64,000 nucleotides of DNA from positions 1,617-65,616 of the forward strand of contig DASXAK010000024.1 of NCBI GenBank assembly GCA_036406715.1. The letters are read 5' to 3'. Position 1 is the first letter of the stretch, and every line of letters begins with the position of its first letter. The notes under the pieces are model-generated. The model ran no database searches, was not told the DNA's origin, and saw nothing but the letters and a program-made list of their open reading frames with translations. The stretch comes from Bryobacteraceae bacterium. GTDB lineage: Bacteria > Acidobacteriota > Terriglobia > Bryobacterales > Bryobacteraceae. Positions 28,501 through 36,186 of the stretch are shown here, one piece after another. Position numbers and translations under genes: made by a program.

Positions 28501-28860
28501 CGATTCAGTCACGTCTACCTGGGTCGTTACCGTGCCGACCTGCACGGTCAGATTGACCGAAGCCGTGTGGTTGAGCTCTACCTGGATCCCTGCCACCGTG
28601 GCGGTGGCAAAACCTTTGGCCGTTACGGAAACATCATACGGGCCCACCGGCACGTTGTTCATCCGGTACTCGCCGGTCTCGTTGGCGGGAGACGTGTACT
28701 TCACCCCCGTATTCTTGTTGGTCGCGGTGACCACTGCCCCGCCTACTGCTGAGCCGGAGGCGTCGCTGACCTTTCCGACAATAGTTCCGTCCGTGGCCTG
28801 ACTAAACCCGAAAGCCGCGAAACAGAGCGTCCCCAGTACTGCGAATGTGAAATTTCGCAT
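25552..28860 (-). CDS. TonB-dependent receptor with N-terminal CarboxypepD_reg-like domain (receptor 2)
   Basis: Paralog of receptors 1 and 3. Signal peptide MRNFTFAVLGTLCFAAFGFSQA, plug-like GGQRPENNSFNIDGV, C-terminus HITF. Start trimmed to ATG 28860 behind GAGGAGGG. Confidence 0.85.
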   Translation of the reverse strand: MRNFTFAVLGTLCFAAFGFSQATDGTIVGKVSDASGSAVGGAVVTATNKNTGVKYTSPANETGEYRMNNVPVGPYDVSVTAKGFATATVAGIQVELNHTASVNLTVQVGTVTTQVDVTESTALIDTSTAQLQTNFDSRLAVDVPMAGVAHVIGTSGIWNLSLVGAGVSSSGGVGQGTGPSIGGQRPENNSFNIDGVLNDDHYTTGPQVFISNEAISQFNVVQNQFSAEFGGGSGGVFNVIVKSGTNDIHGSVYEYMQNRKLDAVDANNTHQGIYSLPRFDQNRLGASIGGPIKKDKLFYFGDFEYAPLGQASQPASAVFAPTSAGLALLNSMSNLSKTNLGVFTKYVPVAGTADPTNVVTVNGVNIPNGPLSFASANYNNQYDAVAAVDYNISEKDQLRGRFIYANSTGIDFNANLPIFYQPNPNISKAISISEFHTFSPTLENELRLSYKRNNQNIGAGNYDFPGLSVFPNISVDDLTLQIGPDPNTPTGSIENTAQLQENITKSWGRHTIKAGYSLVDVILSGYFVQRVRGDYDYTSLEEFLLDRVPSGGLFGTPNSGERTVGATNGVPFGHLEHAFFVNDDFRVRPNLTLNLGVRYEYVTIPVGSRYQALSSPADVPGVLTFASPKSNPNEWSPRIGFAYSPGSRGVWSIRGGVSRSFANTYINLNQNASPAYFATTVDVNPTTPPTDFLKNGGLNYVAPGVLTPAAARAAISTYTFDQTRPYALNGTIGVQRLLGHDYTLEARYVYTKGVHLWNQTRLNVISPVTPTSYIPTFLSAPSAATLAGMTTTLGSLQNIQRNFLAPYGFPNNIVGYRPWGNSRYNGLALQLTKRYSKDFSMIVAYTWSHAFDDATATNFSTILSPRRAQDYQNMRAEWASSALDRRQRFTITPIYDFKPFQGKSWLLKNVVGNWNISGTYTYQSPEYAVVQSGIDSNLNGDSLDRAIINPAGSVNIGSDVTGYTAAGVAVPAATTCAAGAPCKSIVAYVANNPNARYISAGLGALSNSGRNTLPLDHTNNVDAALMKRVNLTERIRFDLGVQAFNLFNHSQFVGGYLNDVAPFSTASVSTAFLTARNADFGNYKGYFSNNARTAQIVAHITF

Positions 28861-28964
28861 AACCCTCCTCAGATGGGCGTCCGAGCCTGCAATCCGGATG
28901 CCAGCATACTGCGTGCGCAAGTATATCATTCCTTAAGAGTTGTGGCACATTCGTGGAATCCCTG

Positions 28965-29121
28965 AATTCCATGGCTTGTAGACTGGAATGGGTTTTAGGC
29001 CGGTCCGATTTCAAAGCACCACCTCGCGAAAGTGGGCGAAGCGCAGGAACCGCTTGTTAACGAAGGGTAAACAAGGCGCTATGAGATTCGGGATACGGTT
29101 TTGAGGAGAAGTCGGCTTTGC
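28965..29121 (-). promoter_or_regulatory. Conserved non-coding leader element, copy A, upstream of receptor 2
   Basis: Three colinear blocks are shared with 33466-33631 (minus-strand sequence, the order given here).
- Block 1: CTCAAAACCGTATCCCGAATCTCATAGCG
- Block 2: CGCCCACTTTCGCGAGGTGGTGCTTTGAAATCGGAC
- Block 3: TCTACAAGCCATGGAAT
Indels between the copies are not multiples of 3. Confidence 0.55.
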
Positions 29122-29134
29122 CGGGGTTGCATCA

Positions 29135-29863
29135 TTACTTGAAGTCGGTTAGGCGGCACGCGGCGGCTCGGTCCACAATCGCCGGCTCCGGGGATTCCGG
29201 TTGGAGCGCCAGCCGCAGACGCTCGATCTCCGGCTCGCGAAACGGGAATGCGTCCGCCGCCAGTTCGCGCGCGCTGTAGAAGCTCTTCCCGATTCCGTCC
29301 GAGCCATGGATCGGAGTCTTCGCCAGAATGTGATAGAGTTCGTGGGCCAGCACCCGGCTCACGGCGCGTCCGAACACGGCGGTTCGGCTCTTGGAATCCA
29401 GAGAACGCAGCAGCGGCGTCAGGGACGCTCGAATCGGATCGCAGTGGATTTGCCCATAAGGAACGACCGCGCCGTTCCTAACGTAACTCTCGCCGAAGAT
29501 CCAAGGGTGTGAAGGGCGGGGAGCGGCTTCTGTCGCATCACAGTGACCACGGAACGTCACGGTGACGACGGCAGTTCGCCACTGGTCGCGTTCGGCGTCG
29601 GCCGTTGACCGCCAGTCAACCACCATTCCCAGGGGAGTCGCAATCGCCGCGAGTTCCTCATGAACCACGTCACGAACGGCGGTTGCCACCGGCTGTTGGA
29701 ATTCGGCGTAAAGCCCGATGCGAACGCGGGCGGGTTCCGGTGAAAGGCCACAATGGACCACCGAGCTTGCCAGCAGAACCCAGAGCCAACCCAAAGGAAT
29801 CGCCGTCCCGCGCACGAGCGCCCGACCCGCCTGGGTCGCCGCAACTCGCGCTTTGGGGACCAA
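29135..29863 (-). CDS. Secreted hypothetical protein with HExxH-x7-H zinc-metallopeptidase-like motif
   Basis: N-terminal hydrophobic segment, GHCD and IHCD cysteines, AHELYHILAKTPIHGSDG. The track start is TTG 29863; GTG 29815 is a plausible alternative because the -10 box overlaps 29863. Confidence 0.65.
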   Translation of the reverse strand: MVPKARVAATQAGRALVRGTAIPLGWLWVLLASSVVHCGLSPEPARVRIGLYAEFQQPVATAVRDVVHEELAAIATPLGMVVDWRSTADAERDQWRTAVVTVTFRGHCDATEAAPRPSHPWIFGESYVRNGAVVPYGQIHCDPIRASLTPLLRSLDSKSRTAVFGRAVSRVLAHELYHILAKTPIHGSDGIGKSFYSARELAADAFPFREPEIERLRLALQPESPEPAIVDRAAACRLTDFK

Positions 29864-29891
29864 TTGTACGATTCCATACCTTGAAATGCAA
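29863..29891 (-). promoter_or_regulatory. Sigma70-like promoter TTGCAT-N17-TACAAT
   Basis: Minus strand: TTGCAT (29891-29886), 17-nt spacer, TACAAT (29868-29863). Same architecture as the promoter of the frameshifted paralog. Confidence 0.5.
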
Positions 29892-29929
29892 GCAAAATTC
29901 GGGGCATTCGAGGAGGATCACTACGACAC

Positions 29930-29958
29930 AAAAAAAAGGCGCTCGCGAGGAGCGCCTC
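29930..29958 (-). terminator. Rho-independent terminator of receptor gene 3
   Basis: Minus strand reads AGGCGCTC-CTCGC-GAGCGCCT followed by a run of 8 T, about 27 nt after the stop at 29985. Confidence 0.8.
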
Positions 29959-29984
29959 CAGAGAGCTTGTTTATGAGTGGCCGC

Positions 29985-32900
29985 TTACCAGGTGAACTTC
30001 GCGACGATCACCATGGTTCTCGGATTACTGCTGAACGTAGTCCGGGAGCTGTTAAAGGCGGGGCTGCCCGCAGTCACAAAGCTGTGAACGCCGGGAGTGA
30101 AAATGTTGTAGTTGTTTGGCAATTGCGCCGCATCGGGTGTTCCCGCGATGTATTGCGGGTGATTGAGCGCGTTCAGCGCCTCCGCTGAGATCTGGAAATT
30201 CATCCGTTCCTTAATCGTGAACCGTTTCACTAAGGACAGATCGATATTGTTGATGGGCCGCATCGCCTCGGTGTTGCGTCCGGCGTTTGGAAAACTTCCG
30301 TATCCGGCTGTAATGTAGCGGGCATTCGGATTCGTCGCGACCCAAGCCACAACCGGACAAGCGGGGGTAGTGCAGGCGCCAGTGGCGATGGTGTTGCCGG
30401 CGCGGTCCAGACCGACAATGTCGCTTCCCGTGCCCGCGGCGCCCGCCGGGTTGACGATGACCCGGTCGCCGGCCGCGTCCCCATTCAGATTGGAATCGAT
30501 CCCGCTCTGAACGGTGTAATACTCCGGTGTTTCGTAGATGTAGATCGGGGCAATTTCCCAGTTCCCCACCACGTTTCTCATGAACCAGTTCCGGCTGCCG
30601 TTCAGCCATTGGCTCTGATATACGGCGGTCAAGGTCAGCCGCTGGCGGCGATCCAAAAGCGAACTCGCCTTATCCGCGTTGAGGTTTTGGAAATCCTGCG
30701 CCCGGCGCGGCGTTAAATAGGTCGCCCCGAACTCCGTCGTGCTGTTGTCGATCAGATGGCTCCACGTGTAGGAGCCCTGCAGTTGCAGACCGCGCGTGAA
30801 CCGCCGCGTCAGTTGGAGCGCCAGACCGCTGTACGTGGACCATCCCTGGGGCTCCCATCCTGTGATCGCGCTCGTGAATCCCGCCGCGGCGAACTGCGGC
30901 AGCAGATTTCCCTGGCCGATCAACTGCCCGGCGGTGAGCGGGAGAGAAGCCAGGGTCGCGGCGCCAGGAGCAGCGAGGTAGGTCGGTATGTTTTGGGCCG
31001 CGGTCACCGGAGACGCTTTGTTGATCTCCTGTTGCATCGGGAGATGAATGCCGCGCGTGCCCAGATACCGCACCTCGAACGTATAGTTCTGTTTGAAGAC
31101 ATGCTGTACGCCTGCGTTCCACTGCAGGGAATAGGGCAGAGTGCCCGGAAATATGTAGCCGGACGTGTTTTGCCGCGCTTCTTCGGGAGTGAGTTGCGTG
31201 CTCACGTTCACGGTCGGGGCAAATCCGCCGGCGGCGAGGAAACCGGGCACGCCGACGCGATTCGCGAATTGAGCATCCGTAATATCCGCAGTCGAAGTCA
31301 ACTGGGGCGGTAGCGACAGGATCGCGATGTTATCGAACAGAACGTCGTACGCCATTCCGAATCCGGCACGGATCGAGGTGGTTCCGCTCGTTCCGGGTGA
31401 ATAAGCGATACCGACACGCGGCGCCCACGCGGTCTTCTGCGGCCGGGGGTTATTGAACTCAAGCACACCCGGGACATTGGCGATCGCATTCAAGGTTTGA
31501 GTGCCGGCGCTGAGCGGCTCCGTCGTGAACTCATACCGGACACCCAGATTGATGGTCAGATTCGGCCGGAACCGCCAGGTGTCCTGAGCATAGGAATAGG
31601 TTGCAGTCTGGTTGCCGTAATACCGCGGCGCTCCCAGCGTGCGCTCGCCGAACACGTCCGGTGCGATGTCGAGCATGTACGTCGCGAGATCGGAATACTC
31701 GTAATCGCCGCGGGCGCGCTGGGTGAACGATTGCGGCGCGATGTAGCGGCGGAAATCCTCGCCGAACTTAAAGGTGTGCTTGCCCTTGGTCCAGGTGAGA
31801 TTGTCCGTGCCCTGATAGGTGTTCTGCGATTGCGATTGAGGCGCATTCGGGTCGGGTCCTACCTGCAGACTCATGGAGTCGATCGTCAAGTTGGGAAACT
31901 GGTCCAGTCCTGGAAACGAGAAATTGCCGGCCGGGTAGTCCTGGCTCAACCGGTTATATCCCAACCGGAATTCGTTCACCAGGTTGGGCGAGAACGTGTG
32001 GTACTCGGTGAAGGTTGCCAGATACGCCGCCTGGGGGACGGTCGTATAGAACACCGGCAGAGTTGCGCTTGTATCGATGAACGAAATGTGGTTGTACGCG
32101 AATCGGCCGCTGATACGATCGCGATCGGAGAAATTGTAGTCCGTGGTTCCAATTGCGTTGTAGTTGTTCTGAAAGTTCGGCGCGGCGATGGGCAGGACGC
32201 CAACCGGCACAGAAACGGTTCCAACCGTTTCCGTCGCGGAGGCCGTGGCCGCCGCCGGGACATACTTCTGGAAGACTCCGAGATTGGTTTTATTCACGGA
32301 CGGGATTCCGCCGAGAATCGAGTAGCCCTCCGCCGTTGGCGTGAACACTTGCCCGGATGCCGTCGATGACAAACCCACCGGGTTGTATTCGAAATCCCCG
32401 AAGTAGAACCATTTGTCCTTGATTACCGGGCCACCGACATTGGCCCCCACGCGGTTCTGATCGTACCGGGGTTGAGAGAGAATGCCCTGCACGGCGAGAT
32501 GCTCATCCAAAGCGTTCAGATTGCGGTTCTGAAAGTACTCATAAAGCATCCCGTGAAAGTCGTTCGTACCGTTCTTCAGAATGGTGTTGAACTGCCCGCC
32601 TGCGGAATGTCCATATTCGGCGGTGAACTGGTTTTGCAACACGCTGAATTCCTGAACGGCGTCGTTCGGGATACTCGCGGAAGGACCGGTCGTCGATTTT
32701 TCGTTATTGTCGATGCCTTCCACGGTAAAGTTATTTTCACGCGGGCGCTGGCCGCCGACAGCCGGACCCGTGCCGATCCCCACGCCAACCCCTCCCGCGC
32801 TCGCAATACCCGAGCCCAACATCGACAGATTGATCACGCCGAAACCATTCGCCGCGATCGGCAGGTCCTGGCTTTGAACCGAGCTGAACGTGTTTTCGAT

Positions 32901-33323
32901 CTGCGCCGTGGTGGTGTCGATCACGGCCCCGGATTCGGCGACTTCGACCGTAGTCGTCACGCCTCCCACTTGCATCGTCAGGTTCGCGGTAGCGACCTGG
33001 TTTAATTGCACGGCCACGTTCTTTAGCGTGGCTGCCGTGAAGCTCGGCGCCGTAGCCGCGACGTCATAGTTTCCAGCCGGCAGATTGCTGAAACGATACT
33101 CGCCGGCCGCGTTGGCCGTCGTCGTCGCTTTAATGTTGGTCGCGGTGTTCGTCGCGGTCACTGTCGTATTCGGAACTCCGGCGCCGGTTGAATCGAACAC
33201 GGTACCGACGAGATCGCCGCTGACGGTCTGCGAGTGGAGAGCCGGCGCGATCACGATAGCGAAAACCAGGGCCGCCGTACAAAGCCAGACAAGCTTCGCC
33301 AGGCGATAGTTCTTCTGTGGCAT
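29985..33323 (-). CDS. TonB-dependent receptor with N-terminal CarboxypepD_reg-like domain (receptor 3)
   Basis: Paralog of receptors 1 and 2. Signal peptide MPQKNYRLAKLVWLCTAALVFAIVIAPALHSQ, plug-like GGQRPRENNFTVEGIDNN, C-terminus KFTW. Start trimmed to ATG 33323 behind CAGGAGGAA. Confidence 0.85.
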   Translation of the reverse strand: MPQKNYRLAKLVWLCTAALVFAIVIAPALHSQTVSGDLVGTVFDSTGAGVPNTTVTATNTATNIKATTTANAAGEYRFSNLPAGNYDVAATAPSFTAATLKNVAVQLNQVATANLTMQVGGVTTTVEVAESGAVIDTTTAQIENTFSSVQSQDLPIAANGFGVINLSMLGSGIASAGGVGVGIGTGPAVGGQRPRENNFTVEGIDNNEKSTTGPSASIPNDAVQEFSVLQNQFTAEYGHSAGGQFNTILKNGTNDFHGMLYEYFQNRNLNALDEHLAVQGILSQPRYDQNRVGANVGGPVIKDKWFYFGDFEYNPVGLSSTASGQVFTPTAEGYSILGGIPSVNKTNLGVFQKYVPAAATASATETVGTVSVPVGVLPIAAPNFQNNYNAIGTTDYNFSDRDRISGRFAYNHISFIDTSATLPVFYTTVPQAAYLATFTEYHTFSPNLVNEFRLGYNRLSQDYPAGNFSFPGLDQFPNLTIDSMSLQVGPDPNAPQSQSQNTYQGTDNLTWTKGKHTFKFGEDFRRYIAPQSFTQRARGDYEYSDLATYMLDIAPDVFGERTLGAPRYYGNQTATYSYAQDTWRFRPNLTINLGVRYEFTTEPLSAGTQTLNAIANVPGVLEFNNPRPQKTAWAPRVGIAYSPGTSGTTSIRAGFGMAYDVLFDNIAILSLPPQLTSTADITDAQFANRVGVPGFLAAGGFAPTVNVSTQLTPEEARQNTSGYIFPGTLPYSLQWNAGVQHVFKQNYTFEVRYLGTRGIHLPMQQEINKASPVTAAQNIPTYLAAPGAATLASLPLTAGQLIGQGNLLPQFAAAGFTSAITGWEPQGWSTYSGLALQLTRRFTRGLQLQGSYTWSHLIDNSTTEFGATYLTPRRAQDFQNLNADKASSLLDRRQRLTLTAVYQSQWLNGSRNWFMRNVVGNWEIAPIYIYETPEYYTVQSGIDSNLNGDAAGDRVIVNPAGAAGTGSDIVGLDRAGNTIATGACTTPACPVVAWVATNPNARYITAGYGSFPNAGRNTEAMRPINNIDLSLVKRFTIKERMNFQISAEALNALNHPQYIAGTPDAAQLPNNYNIFTPGVHSFVTAGSPAFNSSRTTFSSNPRTMVIVAKFTW

Positions 33324-33465
33324 GTTCCTCCTGAAAAACGTGAATGGTCGTTGCCGCTCGGAGTGCATGGAGGGGACCAGCGTCTGGAACGGCACGCAAG
33401 GGCACGCAAACCTGCTGCGAACGCATGATTTGCCGCGTTCCGATGGGACGGGTTGCCGCCAGAAC

Positions 33466-33631
33466 CATTCCAAGGCTCGTAGATCAACATCGGGCGAAGC
33501 TGGCGATCTCAAAGTCCGATTTTCAAGCACCACCCACTCAAAGTGGCGGTTTCACGCATCAAAAACGCCGCGCATCGCCCGCGAATCCTCGTTATGAGAT
33601 TTCATCGGGCGAATCCGGTTTTGGGGAAAAC
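33466..33631 (-). promoter_or_regulatory. Conserved non-coding leader element, copy B, upstream of receptor 3
   Basis: Blocks CCCAAAACCGGATTCGCCCGATGAAATCTCATAACG, CCGCCACTTTGAGTGGGTGGTGCTTGAAAATCGGAC and TCTACGAGCCTTGGAAT (minus strand), in the same order as copy A. Confidence 0.55.
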
Positions 33632-33690
33632 GTGTGGTGTCTAGAGCCTAACGAGCAGTCCAATGTGCTCGGGGTTACGCTCTGTCCTGT

Positions 33691-35076
33691 TCAGTCCAAC
33701 GTGCAGGTTGGAATGGTCACGCCCGAGTCCTCCAGTGCCGCGCCCACGCGCAAAATCAGTGGTTCGCCAAATGGGCGTCCGATGATCTGCAGCCCGATCG
33801 GCAGCCCCGCGACAGTCCTCCCGCAAGGAAGTGACAAGGCCGGCAGGCCGAGCGCGTTGAAGGACCGGACCAGACGCGTCGTGGCGGAGCGAATCTCCTC
33901 CTCGCGATTCGCGACCTTCACCATCGTCTCCCCGATCCGGGGTGCGGCAATCGCGGTGGTCGGAGTAATCAAGCAATCCACCTCGCGCCAAACTTCGCGA
34001 AAATCGAGCTGCGCCTGCCTCCGCAAACGTTGCGCGTTGATGTAATCCGCGGCAGTGAGAAATCGCCCCTGATCGACCAGCGCCAGAACGTCTTTGCCGA
34101 ACTGGTCGCGGTTGGTAAAGTGCGGCTCGATCACCGCCGCCACTTCCGCAAACTGAACCACCATCCCCGCCGCGTTGATCGCAGCCACGTCCGGCAGCCG
34201 CACTGTCTTAACGATCGCGCCTAATCGCTCGGCCTCGGCCAGCGCGCGACGTACCGCGGCTTCGACCTCCGGGTCGAGACGATCGAAGAAGAACGCGTCG
34301 GGAACTCCGATGCGCAGCCCGCGGATGTCGCAATGCGGTTCGGGCACGAAGTCCGGGACGGGGCGCGATACCGAGGCCGGGTCGCGCGGGTCATGCCCGG
34401 CGATAGCGTTCAGCATCAGACCCGCGTCGCGCACGCTGCGCGTCAGCGGCCCCATGTGGTCGAGACTGAACGCAAGCGGCAATGCTCCGAACCGGCTCAC
34501 CCGGCCATACGTGGGTTTCAAGCCGACGACTCCGCACAAAGCAGCGGGAATCCGAATCGATCCGCCAGTGTCGCTCCCGGTCGCCGCGAATACCATCCCG
34601 GCCGCGACCGCCGCTCCCGATCCGCCGCTCGATCCACCCGGGATGTGGCCGGGGTTCCACGGATTGCGGACGGCCCCGAAATGCGGGTTGGTCGACGTAA
34701 TCCCGAAGGCCAGCTCATGCATGTTCAGCTTGCCCAGCGAGACCGCGCCGGCCACCATCAGTTTCTCGACCACCGCCGCATCATGGTCCGGCACGAAATG
34801 CTCGTAGATTTTCGAGCCGCACGTGGTGCGTACGCCGCGCGTGAAAAAGAGATCCTTGTGGGCAATCGGGATGCCGTGCAGGGAACCGCGATCGGTTCCC
34901 GCTGCCAACTCGGCATCAGCGAGGCGCGCGGCTTCCAGCGCGCTTTCGCCCGTTATCGTAATAAAGGCGTTGAGCTTGGGATTAAGGCGCTCGATCTGCG
35001 CCAGGGCTTCGCGCGTGAGTTCGGTCGAGGATATCCTGCCGTCGCGCAGCGCCCGGACGGCCTCGCCGATCGTCAC
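33691..35076 (-). CDS. Amidase-signature family amidase (GatA/AtzE-like)
   Basis: GGSSGGSGAAVAAG signature and a KD...S catalytic region. ATG overlaps the upstream stop. Confidence 0.85.
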   Translation of the reverse strand: MTIGEAVRALRDGRISSTELTREALAQIERLNPKLNAFITITGESALEAARLADAELAAGTDRGSLHGIPIAHKDLFFTRGVRTTCGSKIYEHFVPDHDAAVVEKLMVAGAVSLGKLNMHELAFGITSTNPHFGAVRNPWNPGHIPGGSSGGSGAAVAAGMVFAATGSDTGGSIRIPAALCGVVGLKPTYGRVSRFGALPLAFSLDHMGPLTRSVRDAGLMLNAIAGHDPRDPASVSRPVPDFVPEPHCDIRGLRIGVPDAFFFDRLDPEVEAAVRRALAEAERLGAIVKTVRLPDVAAINAAGMVVQFAEVAAVIEPHFTNRDQFGKDVLALVDQGRFLTAADYINAQRLRRQAQLDFREVWREVDCLITPTTAIAAPRIGETMVKVANREEEIRSATTRLVRSFNALGLPALSLPCGRTVAGLPIGLQIIGRPFGEPLILRVGAALEDSGVTIPTCTLD

Positions 35077-35249
35077 TCGCTCTCCGGGTCCGCGTGAAAG
35101 ACTACGGCCGGCTCCTGGTCGGGCGTGAGTTTGACAGCGAGCGGCCGAAAGGCCGCTTCCAATGCATCGAGCCGCGGCGCGATCTTTTCAACGTCCGCCT
35201 CTGGAATCGCCAATCCGCGCGCGCGGGCAATCGCCTTCCAATCCGTCAT
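35073..35249 (-). CDS. 58-aa AtzG/GatC-like small protein (DUF4089-like), probable amidase partner
   Basis: Start trimmed to ATG 35249, which overlaps the YihY stop (ATGA). Its own stop overlaps the amidase ATG. Sequence is MTDWKAIARARGLAIPEADVEKIAPRLDALEAAF... Confidence 0.55.
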   Translation of the reverse strand: MTDWKAIARARGLAIPEADVEKIAPRLDALEAAFRPLAVKLTPDQEPAVVFHADPESE

Positions 35250-36082
35250 ATCGATTCCTTGCGGTTGCCCCGCGCGCTCCATTCGGCCCCCGCCAATACT
35301 ACCAGCGACGCCACGAAGGTCCACAGCAGGATCGTCACCGAGTTGCGAAAGACGCCGTATTCGCGCTGCAACTTGTCACGCAGCAGCGGAAACAGCAGCA
35401 GGTTGAGATACTTCATGCCTTCCAGAATCAACCCAACCAAAATCGCGACCGGCGCCACCTTCGCCGGCTCGATCTTTCGATTCGGCAGCAGCCAGTAGAC
35501 CAGAAACAGCGCCAGAATCGAGATCGGCAGCGCTGCCAGCTTAAAGAACAGCAGGTTGATCCAATTCTGGATGGCCGCATGCGAAACTCCCCACTCCGCC
35601 AGCCACCCGGTGTTGAGCGCCGTCAATAAAAACGAGAGCAACGCGAGCCCGCCGCAGGCGAAGATCATGCCCAGCGCGACCAGTTGATTCTTCCAGTACG
35701 GCCGATTCTTGGCGACCCCCCAGGCGCGGTTCAACGCCACCTCCAGCGGTTCGAACACACCGTTGGCCGTGAATAACAGAAGGATCATCGAGCCGACCTG
35801 GACGACGGCATGGGATGGCGGGTTGCGCCGTATGAAATCGCCGATGTCACCGGGGAACGAGTCGTCGAGAGCCAGGTAAATCGCCGCTTCTGCGGCGTTC
35901 CAGTGAAGGATGTTGCGGCAGAACGACAGCATCACGATCACGAACGGGTAAAACGATAGCAGGACACTGGCCGCGATCGCCAGGGCATACACGTGCGCCT
36001 CGGTTTCCATCAGGTAGCGCACGGTCGGCCCGAACCGTGACAGGCGGCGGCTCGGCTCGTTGTTAGGAAGTTTCAGCAGCAA
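35246..36082 (-). CDS. YihY/BrkB-family membrane protein
   Basis: Six hydrophobic helices and a typical YihY N-terminus (YALAIAASVLLSFYPFVIV). Confidence 0.8.
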   Translation of the reverse strand: MLLKLPNNEPSRRLSRFGPTVRYLMETEAHVYALAIAASVLLSFYPFVIVMLSFCRNILHWNAAEAAIYLALDDSFPGDIGDFIRRNPPSHAVVQVGSMILLLFTANGVFEPLEVALNRAWGVAKNRPYWKNQLVALGMIFACGGLALLSFLLTALNTGWLAEWGVSHAAIQNWINLLFFKLAALPISILALFLVYWLLPNRKIEPAKVAPVAILVGLILEGMKYLNLLLFPLLRDKLQREYGVFRNSVTILLWTFVASLVVLAGAEWSARGNRKESI

Positions 36083-36186
36083 ACCATCAGAGTAGCGTAC
36101 GCTCCCGGGTCACGCGACGCGCCTTGACCATCCGCTTATCCCACCTCCACCCCCACATTCGGCCACGTACGCTCGATCGATCGGTC

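Noticed and set aside
28861-29134. Cobalamin or other known riboswitch in the receptor leaders
   Set aside because: TBDR leaders often carry B12 riboswitches, but I found no B12 box (AGxCxGgAGaCC-type) or GCCACUG core. TPP, FMN and SAM cores are also absent.
29081-29134. Short uORFs in the receptor leaders (18 codons starting at 29134; 17 codons within 33560-33610)
   Set aside because: They are not conserved between the two leader copies. The block indels break any common frame.
22581-32369. Plus-strand ORFs of about 290 aa inside each receptor gene (22581-23465, 27553-28446, 31497-32369)
   Set aside because: Antisense to the receptor frames. Their mutual similarity only mirrors the paralogy of the receptors.
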